From NCBI RefSeq assembly GCF_009914755.1, contig NC_060940.1: 64,000 nucleotides of DNA, one strand, 5' to 3'. The DNA is from the human T2T-CHM13v2.0 reference genome, Homo sapiens. The notes beneath the pieces are model-generated. The model was not told the DNA's origin. It searched no databases and worked only from the letters and a program-made list of their open reading frames with translations. Shown piece by piece: positions 46,201-58,525 of this stretch. A program made the position numbers and the translations under genes. How positions within the stretch are numbered: the first letter of the stretch is position 1; each line of letters opens with the position of its first letter.

Positions 46201-49200
46201 GAGCAATTCGATTCAATTCCATGATGATTCTATTTGATTCAATTAGATGATGTTTCCATTCGAATCCATTCCATGATTATTCCATTGGAATCCATTCGGC
46301 GATGATTCCATGTGAGTCAATTCAATGATTATTCCATATGGGTCCGTTCGATGATAATTCCATTTGATTTCATTCGATGCTTCTATTCTATTCCAGTCGA
46401 TGATGATTCCGTTGGAGTCCATACGATGATTCCATTTGATTTCATTTGATGATGATTCCATTCGATGATGATTACATTGGATTCCATTCTATGATTCCAT
46501 TCAATTCCATTCGTTGATGATTCGATTCCATTCAATGATGATTCCATTCTAGCCCATTCAATCATTCCATTCGATTCTATTCAATGATGATTCCATTCAT
46601 GTCGATTTGGTGATTCCATTTGACTTCATTTGATGATGATTCCTTTCAAGTTCATTAGATGATTCCATTCGATTCCATTTGATGATGATCCCATTCGAGT
46701 CCACTCAGTCATTCCATTCGTTTCCATTCCATGATGATTCCATTCCATTCCATTCAATGATTCCATTCGATTCCGTTTGATGATGATTTCATTCGAGTCC
46801 ATTTGATGATTCCATTTGATTCCATTCGATGTTGATTCCATTCGAGTCCATTCGATGATTCTATTCGAATCCATTTGATGATTTCTTTTGATTATAGTTA
46901 GTGATGATTCCATTGGAGTCCATTCAATGATTCCATTCGATTCCAATCGATGGTGATTCCATTAGAGTCCATTTAATGATTCCATTTGATTCCAGTCTCT
47001 GATGATTACATTCGAGTCCATACGATGATTCCACTCAATTCCATATGATGATGATTCCATTCTATTCCATTCGATGATTCCATTCTATTCTATTCAATGG
47101 TGATTCCATTCGAGTACATTAGATGATTCCATTCGATTCCATTCAATGATGATTCTATTTGTGTCCCTTAGATGATTCCACATGATTCCATTAGATGATG
47201 ATACTATTTGAGCCCATCCAATGATTCCCTTTTATTCCATTCGATGAGGATTCCATTCGATTCAATTCATTGGTGATTCTATTCAATTCAATTCTTTGAT
47301 TCCATTCCATTCCATTCGATAATGATTCCATTCGATTTCTTTCGATGATTCCACTCGATTCCACTTGACATTGATTCCATTCGATTCCATTCAATGATTC
47401 CATTTGATTCCAGTGGATGATGATTGCCATCGATTCCATTCGATCACTCCATTCTATTCCATTTGATGATGATTACATTCGATTCCATTTGATGATTCCA
47501 TCTGATTCTATTCGAGGATTCCATTTGATTCCATTCGATGATGATTCCATTCGAGTCCATTCGATGATTTCATTCGAGTACATCCAATGATTCCATTCGA
47601 GTCCATTAGATGATTCCATTTGATTCCATTTGAAAATGATTCTACTAGAGTCCATTCAATGACTCCATTCGAGTCCATTCAACAATTCCATTCAACTCCA
47701 TTCGATGATTCCATTCGATTCCATTTGATGGTTCCATTCGAGTCCATTTAATCATTACAGTCGAGTCCATTTGGTGATTCCACTGGATTTCTTTTGATAA
47801 TGATACCATTCAATTACATTTCATGATGATCCCATTTAATTTCATTTGATGATGATTCCATTAGAGTCCATTCGATGATTTCATTCGAGTCCCTTCATTG
47901 ATTCCATCCGATTTCATTGGATGATGACTCCATTCGAGTCCATTCGATGATTCCACTCGATTCCATTAGATGATTCCATTGGAGTCCATTTGATTGTTCC
48001 ATTCGATTCCATTCGATTCCTTTCGAAGATTATTCCATTTGAGTCCATTCGATGATGATTCCATTCCATTCCATTCGATGATTCCGTTTGATTCCATTCG
48101 ATGATTCCCTTCGATTCCTTTCTGTGATGATTCCATTCCATTCCATTCAATGATTCCATTCGAATCTATTCCATGATGATTCCTTTCGATTCCATTCGCT
48201 GATGTTTCCGTTCAATTCCATTCGATGATGATTCCATTCGATTCCATTCATTGAGGATTCCATTTGATTCCATTCAATGATGATTCCATTCTATTCCATT
48301 CAATGATTGCATTCAATTCCATTCAATGATTATCCCCTTAGAGTAAACTCAACGATTCCATTCAATACCATTCGTTGATGATTCCTTTTGAATCCATTCA
48401 ATGATTTCATTCAAGTCCATTTGATGATTCCTTTCAATTCCATTCTATGATGATTCCATTCGAGTCCATTCGATGATTCCATTCGATTGCATTCGATGAT
48501 TCCATTATATTCCATTCAACGGTGATTCCATTCGAGTCCATTCCATGATTCCATTAGAGTACATTTAATGATTGCTTTGTTTTCAATTCGAAGATGATTA
48601 CATTGGATTCCATTCTATGATACCATTCGATTCCATTCAATGATGATTCCACTCAAATCCATTGGATGATTCCATTCGTGTCCATTCGGTGATTTCATTA
48701 GATTCCATTCGAGGATGATTCCATTCGATTCCATTCGATGATTCCATTCAATTCCATTCGATGATGATTCCATTCCAGTCCATATGATCATTCCATTTGA
48801 TTTCATTCGATGATGATTCCATTCGATTCCATTCGATGATTCCATTCTATTCCATTCGATGATGATTCCATTCGAGTCCATTCGATGATTCCATTCGAGT
48901 CCATTTAATGATTCCATTGGGTTCAATTCAATGATGATTACATTGGATTCCGTTCTATGATTCCATTCAATTCCGTTCATTGACAATTTGATTCCATTCG
49001 ATGATGATTCCATTTGAGTTCATTCGATGATTCTATTCGATTCTCTTCGATGGTGATTCAATTCTATTATATTGGATGATTCCATTCGATTCCATTTGAT
49101 GTTGATTCAATTCGATTCTATTCGATGATGATTCCATTGGATTTCACTTGATGATTCTATTCGATTCCATTCAATGATGATTCACTTCTCGTCCATTGGA

Positions 49201-52200
49201 TGATTCCATTTCATTCCATTCGATGATGATTCCATTCGATTCCATTCGATGATTCCATTTGATTCCATGCGACGGTGAGCAATTCGATTCAATTCCATGA
49301 TGATTCTATTTGATTCAATTAGATGATGTTTCCATTCGAATCCATTCCATGATTATTCCATTGGAATCCATTCGGCGATGATTCCATGTGAGTCAATTCA
49401 ATGATGATTCCATATGGGTCCGTTCGATGATAATTCCATTTGATTTCATTCGATGCTTCTATTCTATTCCAGTCGATGATGATTCCGTTGGAGTCCATAC
49501 GATGATTCCATTTGATTTCATTTGATGATGATTCCATTCGATGATGATTACATTGGATTCCATTCTATGATTCCATTCAATTCCATTCGTTGATGATTCG
49601 ATTCCATTCAATGATGATTCCATTCTAGCCCATTCAATCATTCCATTCGATTCTATTCAATGATGATTCCATTCATGTCGATTTGGTGTTTCCATTTGAC
49701 TTCATTTGATGATGATTCCTTTCAAGTTCATTAGATGATTCCATTCGATTCCATTTGATGATGATCCCATTCGAGTCCACTCAGTCATTCCATTCGTTTC
49801 CATTCCATGATGATTCCATTCCATTCCATTCAATGATTCCATTCGATTCCGTTTGATGATGATTTCATTCGAGTCCATTTGATGATTCCATTTGATTCCA
49901 TTCGATGTTGATTCCATTCGAGTCCATTCGATGATTCTATTCGAATCCATTTGATGATTTCTTTTGATTATAGTTGGTGATGATTCCATTGGAGTCCATT
50001 CAATGATTCCATTCGATTCCAATCGATGGTGATTCCATTAGAGTCCATTTAATGATTCCATTTGATTCCAGTCTCTGATGATTACATTCGAGTCCATACG
50101 ATGATTCCACTCAATTCCATATGATGATGATTCCATTCTATTCCATTCGATGATTCCATTCTATTCTATTCAATGGTGATTCCATTCGAGTACATTAGAT
50201 GATTCCATTCGATTCCATTCAATGATGATTCTATTTGTGTCCCTTAGATGATTCCACATGATTCCATTAGATGATGATACTATTTGAGCCCATCCAATGA
50301 TTCCCTTTTATTCCATTCGATGAGGATTCCATTCGATTCAATTCATTGGTGATTCTATTCAATTCAATTCTTTGATTCCATTCCATTCCATTCGACAATG
50401 ATTCCATTCGATTTCTTTCGATGATTGCACTCGATTCCACTTGACATTGATTCCATTCGATTCCATTCAATGATTCCATTTGATTCCAGTGGATGATGAT
50501 TGCCATCGATTCCATTCGATCACTCCATTCTATTCCATTTGATGATGATTACATTCGATTCCATTTGATGATTCCATCTGATTCTATTCGAGGATTCCAT
50601 TTGATTCCATTCGATGATGATTCCATTCGAGTCCATTCGATGATTTCATTCGAGTACATCCAATGATTCCATTCGAGTCCATTAGATGATTCCATTTGAT
50701 TCCATTTGAAAATGATTCTACTAGAGTCCATTCAATGACTCCATTCGAGTCCATTCAACAATTCCATTCAACTCCATTCGATGATTCCATTCGATTCCAT
50801 TTGATGGTTCCATTCGAGTCCATTTAATCATTACAGTCGAGTCCATTTGGTGATTCCACTGGATTTCTTTTGATAATGATACCATTCAATTACATTTCAT
50901 GATGATCCCATTTAATTTCATTTGATGATGATTCCATTAGAGTCCATTCGATGATTTCATTCGAGTCCCTTCATTGATTCCATCCGATTTCATTGGATGA
51001 TGACTCCATTCGAGTCCATTCGATGATTCCACTCGATTCCATTAGATGATTCCATTGGAGTCCATTTGATTGTTCCATTCGATTCCATTCGATTCCTTTC
51101 GAAGATTATTCCATTTGAGTCCATTCGATGATGATTCCATTCCATTCCATTCGATGATTCCGTTTGATTCCATTCGATGATTCCCTTCGATTCCTTTCTG
51201 TGATGATTCCATTCCATTCCATTCAATGATTCCATTCGAATCTATTCCATGATGATTCCTTTCGATTCCATTCGCTGATGTTTCCGTTCAATTCCATTCG
51301 ATGATGATTCCATTCGATTCCATTCATTGAGGATTCCATTTGATTCCATTCAATGATGATTCCATTCTATTCCATTCAATGATTGCATTCAATTCCATTC
51401 AATGATTATCCCCTTAGAGTAAACTCAACGATTCCATTCAATACCATTCGTTGATGATTCCTTTTGAATCCATTCAATGATTTCATTCAAGTCCATTTGA
51501 TGATTCCTTTCAATTCCATTCTATGATGATTCCATTCGAGTCCATTCGATGATTCCATTCGATTGCATTCGATGATTCCATTATATTCCATTCAACGGTG
51601 ATTCCATTCGAGTCCATTCCATGATTCCATTAGAGTACATTTAATGATTGCTTTGTTTTCAATTCGAAGATGATTACATTGGATTCCATTCTATGATACC
51701 ATTCGATTCCATTCAATGATGATTCCACTCAAATCCATTGGATGATTCCATTCGTGTCCATTCGGTGATTTCATTAGATTCCATTCGAGGATGATTCCAT
51801 TCGATTCCATTCGATGATTCCATTCAATTCCATTCGATGATGATTCCATTCCAGTCCATATGATCATTCCATTTGATTTCATTCGATGATGATTCCATTC
51901 GATTCCATTCGATGATTCCATTCTATTCCATTCGATGATGATTCCATTCGAGTCCATTCGATGATTCCATTCGAGTCCATTTAATGATTCCATTGGGTTC
52001 AATTCAATGATGATTACATTGGATTCCGTTCTATGATTCCATTCAATTCCGTTCATTGACAATTTGATTCCATTCGATGATGATTCCATTTGAGTTCATT
52101 CGATGATTCTATTCGATTCTCTTCGATGGTGATTCAATTCTATTATATTGGATGATTCCATTCGATTCCATTTGATGTTGATTCAATTCGATTCTATTCG

Positions 52201-55200
52201 ATGATGATTCCATTGGATTTCACTTGATGATTCTATTCGATTCCATTCAATGATGATTCACTTCTCGTCCATTGGATGATTCCATTTCATTCCATTCGAT
52301 GATGATTCCATTCGATTCCATTCGATGATTCCATTTGATTCCATGCGACGGTGAGCAATTCGATTCAATTCCATGATGATTCTATTTGATTCAATTAGAT
52401 GATGTTTCCATTCGAATCCATTCCATGATTATTCCATTGGAATCCATTCGGCGATGATTCCATGTGAGTCAATTCAATGATGATTCCATATGGGTCCGTT
52501 CGATGATAATTCCATTTGATTTCATTCGATGCTTCTATTCTATTCCAGTCGATGATGATTCCGTTGGAGTCCATACGATGATTCCATTTGATTTCATTTG
52601 ATGATGATTCCATTCGATGATGATTACATTGGATTCCATTCTATGATTCCATTCAATTCCATTCGTTGATGATTCGATTCCATTCAATGATGATTCCATT
52701 CTAGCCCATTCAATCATTCCATTCGATTCTATTCAATGATGATTCCATTCATGTCGATTTGGTGTTTCCATTTGACTTCATTTGATGATGATTCCTTTCA
52801 AGTTCATTAGATGATTCCATTCGATTCCATTTGATGATGATCCCATTCGAGTCCACTCAGTCATTCCATTCGTTTCCATTCCATGATGATTCCATTCCAT
52901 TCCATTCAATGATTCCATTCGATTCCGTTTGATGATGATTTCATTCGAGTCCATTTGATGATTCCATTTGATTCCATTCGATGTTGATTCCATTCGAGTC
53001 CATTCGATGATTCTATTCGAATCCATTTGATGATTTCTTTTGATTATAGTTGGTGATGATTCCATTGGAGTCCATTCAATGATTCCATTCGATTCCAATC
53101 GATGGTGATTCCATTAGAGTCCATTTAATGATTCCATTTGATTCCAGTCTCTGATGATTACATTCGAGTCCATACGATGATTCCACTCAATTCCATATGA
53201 TGATGATTCCATTCTATTCCATTCGATGATTCCATTCTATTCTATTCAATGGTGATTCCATTCGAGTACATTAGATGATTCCATTCGATTCCATTCAATG
53301 ATGATTCTATTTGTGTCCCTTAGATGATTCCACATGATTCCATTAGATGATGATACTATTTGAGCCCATCCAATGATTCCCTTTTATTCCATTCGATGAG
53401 GATTCCATTCGATTCAATTCATTGGTGATTCTATTCAATTCAATTCTTTGATTCCATTCCATTCCATTCGACAATGATTCCATTCGATTTCTTTCGATGA
53501 TTGCACTCGATTCCACTTGACATTGATTCCATTCGATTCCATTCAATGATTCCATTTGATTCCAGTGGATGATGATTGCCATCGATTCCATTCGATCACT
53601 CCATTCTATTCCATTTGATGATGATTACATTCGATTCCATTTGATGATTCCATCTGATTCTATTCGAGGATTCCATTTGATTCCATTCGATGATGATTCC
53701 ATTCGAGTCCATTCGATGATTTCATTCGAGTACATCCAATGATTCCATTCGAGTCCATTAGATGATTCCATTTGATTCCATTTGAAAATGATTCTACTAG
53801 AGTCCATTCAATGACTCCATTCGAGTCCATTCAACAATTCCCTTCGACTCCATTCGATGATTCCATTCGATTCCATTTGATGGTTCCATTCGAGTCCATT
53901 TAATCATTACAGTCGAGTCCATTTGGTGATTCCACTGGATTTCTTTTGATAATGATACCATTCAATTACATTTGATGATGATCCCATTCAATTTCATTTG
54001 ATGATGATTCCATTAGAGTCCATTCGATGATTTCATTCGAGTCCCTTCATTGATTCCATCCGATTTCATTGGATGATGACTCCATTCGAGTCCATTCGAT
54101 GATTCCACTCGATTCCATTAGATGATTCCATTGGAGTCCATTTGATTGTTCCATTCGATTCCATTCGATTCCTTTCGAAGATTATTCCATTTGAGTCCAT
54201 TCGAAGATGATTCCATTCCATTCCATTCGATGATTCCGTTTGATTCCATTCGATGATTCCCTTTGATTCCTTTCTGTGATGATTCCATTCCATTCCATTC
54301 AATGATTCCATTCGAATCTATTCCATGATGATTCCTTTCGATTCCATTCGCTGATGTTTCCGTTCAATTCCATTCGATGATGATTCCATTCGATTCCATT
54401 CATTGAGGATTCCATTTGATTCCATTCAATGATGATTCCATTCTATTCCATTCAATGATTGCATTCAATTCCATTCAATGATTATCCCATTAGAGTAAAC
54501 TCAACGATTCCATTCAATACCATTCGATGATGATTCCTTTTGAGTCCATTCAATGATTTCATTCAAGTCCATTTGATGATTCCTTTCAATTCCATTCTAT
54601 GATGATTCCATTCGAGTCCATTCGATGATTCCATTCGATTGCATTCGATGATTCCATTATATTCCATTCAACGATGATTCCATTCGAGTCCATTCGATGA
54701 TTCCATTAGAGTACATTTAATGATTGCTTTGTTTTCAATTCGAAGATGATTACATTGGATTCCATTCTATGATACCATTCGATTCCATTCAATGATGATT
54801 CCACTCAAATCCATTGGATGACTCCATTCGTGTCCATTCGGTGATTTCATTAGATTCCATTCGAGGATGATTCCATTCGATTCCATTCGATGATTCCATT
54901 CAATTCCATTCGATGATGATTCCATTCCAGTCCATATGATCATTCCATTTGATTTCATTCGATGATGATTCCATTCGATTCCATTCGACGATTCCATTCT
55001 ATTCCATTCGATGATGATTCCATTCGAGTCCATTCGATCATTCCATTCGAGTCCATTTAATGATTCCATTGGGTTCAATTCAATGATGATTACATTGGAT
55101 TCCGTTCTATGATTCCATTCAATTCCGTTCATTGACAATTTGATTCCATTCGATGATGATTCCATTTGAGTTCATTCGATGATTCTATTCGATTCTCTTC

Positions 55201-58200
55201 GATGGTGATTCAATTCTATTATATTGGATGATTCCATTCGATTCCATTTGATGTTGATTCAATTCGATTCTATTCGATGATGATTCCATTGGATTTCACT
55301 TGATGATTCTATTCGATTCCATTCAATGATGATTCACTTCTCGTCCATTGGATGATTCCATTTCATTCCATTCGATGATGATTCCATTCGATTCCATTCG
55401 ATGATTCCATTTGATTCCATGCGACGGTGAGCAATTCGATTCAATTCCATGATGATTCTATTTGATTCAATTAGATGATGTTTCCATTCGAATCCATTCC
55501 ATGATTATTCCATTGGAATCCATTCGGCGATGATTCCATATGAGTCAATTCAATGATGATTCCATATGGGTCCGTTCGATGATAATTCCATTTGATTTCA
55601 TTCGATGCTTCTATTCTATTCCAGTCGATGATGATTCCGTTGGAGTCCATACGATGATTCCATTTGATTTCATTTGATGATGATTCCATTCGATTCAATT
55701 CGATGATGATTACATTGGATTCCATTCTATGATTCCATTCAATTCCATTCGTTGATGATTCGATTCCCTTGAATGATGATTCCACTTGAGTACATTCGAT
55801 GATTCTATTCGATTCCGTTCGATGGTGATTCAATTCTCTTATATTGGATGATTCCACTCGATTCCATTTGATGATTATTCCATTGGAGTCCACTTAGTGA
55901 ATCCTTTAGATTCTACTCGACGATGATTCCATTCGAGTCCATTCGATGATACCATTCAATTCCATTCGTTGATGCTTCCATTCAAGTGCATTCGATGATA
56001 TCATTCGATTCCATTTGATGATAATTCCATTTGATTCCATGCGATGATTCTATTCGATTCCATTCAATGATAATTCCATTCAATTCAGTGATTCCTCTGG
56101 ACTCCATTTGATGATGATTCCATTCAATGATTCCATTCGATTCTATTCGAAAATGATTCCATTTGAATCCATTTGATGATGATTCCATTAGATTCCATTT
56201 GATGATTCCATTCGATTCCATTCGACGATGATTCCATTCGATTCCGTTTGATGATTCCATTCTATTCTATTCGATGATGATTCCATTCGATTCCATTCGA
56301 TGATGATTGGATTCGATTCCATTTGATGATTTCATTTGATTCCATTCGTTAATGATTTCGATCAATTCCATTCGATGATTCCATTCGATTCCATTCGATA
56401 ATGATTACATCCGAGTCCATTCGATGATTCCCTTTGAGGCTGTTCGATAATTCCATTTGAGTCCAACCAATGATTCCATTCATTTCCATTCAATGATTCC
56501 ATTCGAGTCCATTTGATCATTCCGGTAGGGTCCATTCGATGTTGATTCCATTGGAGTGCATTCGATGATTCCATTCGAGTCCATTTTAGGATTTGATTCG
56601 AGTCCTTTCGATGATTCCATTCGATTCCACTCGATGATGATTTCATTCGAGTCCATTCGACACTTCCAATCGATTCCATTTGATGATTCCATTCGAGTCC
56701 AATTGATGATTCCATTCAATTCCATTCGATGATGATTCCGTACGATTCCATTCTGTGATGATTCCATGTGATTGCATTCAATGATGATTCCTTTCGATTG
56801 CATTCGATTATGATTCATTTCGTGTTCATTCTATGGTTCCACAGGTTTCCATTCGTGTCCATTCCATTATTCCATTCTATTCCATTTGATGATGATTCCA
56901 TTCGATTCCATTCATTGGTGATTCCACTCAATTCCATTCAATTATTCCATTCCATTTCTTTCAACAATGATTCCATTAGTTTCTAATCGATGATCCACTT
57001 GATTCCATTTGACGACGATTCCATTCTTGTCCATTCGATGATTCCATTTGATTCCATATGATGATGATTCCATTCGATTCCATACCATGATGATTCCATT
57101 CGAGTCCATTCAATGGTGATTCCATTCAATTCCATTCGATGATTCCTTTTGATTCCATTCGATGATGATGGCATTCGATTCCTTTCAATCATTCCCTTTG
57201 ATTCCATTCAAAGGTGATTTCATTCAAGTCCATTCGATAATTGCATTCGATTCCATTCTATGATGATTCCATTCGAGTCCATTTGATGATTCCATTCAAT
57301 TCAAGTCAATGATGATTCCATTCGATTCCATTCGATGATTCCATTGGATTCCATTCGATGATGATTCCATTCAAATCCATTCGATAATTCAATTCAAGTC
57401 CATTCGATGATGATTCCAATCGAATCCATTCAAAGATTCCATTCAGTTCCATTCGATGATTCCCTTAGATTCCATTCGATGATTCCACTTGATTGCATTT
57501 ACGATGATTCCATTCGATTCCATGTGATGATTCCATTCAATTCTATTCAATGATGTCTCCATTTGATTCCATTCGACCATGATTGCCTTTGATTCCATTC
57601 AATGATTCCATTCGGTTCCGTTTGATGATGATTCCGTTCGATTCCATTTGATGATTCCATTTGATTCCATTGGATGAGTCCATTCGATTACATTCGATGA
57701 TTATTCCATTCGAGTGCATTAGATGATTCCATTCGAGTCCATTCGATGATTCCATTCGATTCCATTCGATGTTGATTCTGTTCAAATCCATTCGATGATT
57801 CCACTCGATTCCATTCGTTGACTCCATTTGATCCCATTCGATGATTTCCTTTGATTCCCTTTGATGATCATTCCATTTGATTCAATTCGGTGATTTCATT
57901 TGATTCCATTCAGTGATGTTTCCATTCGACTCCATTCGATTATGATTTCATTCAATTCCATTCGATAATGATTCCCTTCGAGTCCATTCGATGATTCCAT
58001 TCGATTCCATTCAACGATGATTTGATTCGTGTCCATTCGATGATTCCATTTGATTCCACTTGATGATGATTCCATTCGAGTCCATTTGATGATTCCATTC
58101 AATTCCATACTCCGATGATTTCTTTTGAGCCCACTCAATGCTTCCACTCGATTCCATATGATGATGACTCCATTCGATGAAATTCGATGATGATTCCATT

Positions 58201-58525
58201 CGCTTGCTTTCGATGATGATTCCACTTGAGTCCGTTAGAAGATTCTATTCAATTACATTCCATGGCGATTCCGTTCGAGTCCATTTGATGATTCCATTAG
58301 ACTCCATTCGACGATGATTCCATTCGATGTTATTCGATGATTCCATTCGATCTCATTCGATGATGATTCCATTCAACTCCATTCGATGTTTCCATTCGAG
58401 TTCATTCTATTATTCCATTAGATTCCATTCGATGATGATTCCATTCGATTCCATTTGATGATTGCATTCTATTTCATTTGATGATGATTCCATTCGAGTC
58501 CACTCGATGATTCCATTCGAGTCCA
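43202..58525 (+). repeat. HSat2 unit 8, expanded (15,324 bp) by three extra 3076-bp copies, plus a 10-bp insertion and a 26-bp deletion
   Basis: Offsets run 43201, 46277, 49353, 52429, then 52439 and 52413; 6112+3x3076+10-26=15324. Confidence 0.9.
43473..55786 (+). repeat. 3076-bp tandem sub-array (four copies of unit positions 272-3347)
   Basis: ORFs recur every 3076 bp (43550, 46626, 49702, 52778; 46243, 49319, 52395, 55471). The junction CAATGATGATTCCATT|CTAGCCC ends at 46548, 49624 and 52700. Confidence 0.92.

Noticed and set aside
55471-55893. Longest ORF (140 aa)
   Set aside because: It arises from the frameshift caused by the 10-bp insertion in satellite sequence.
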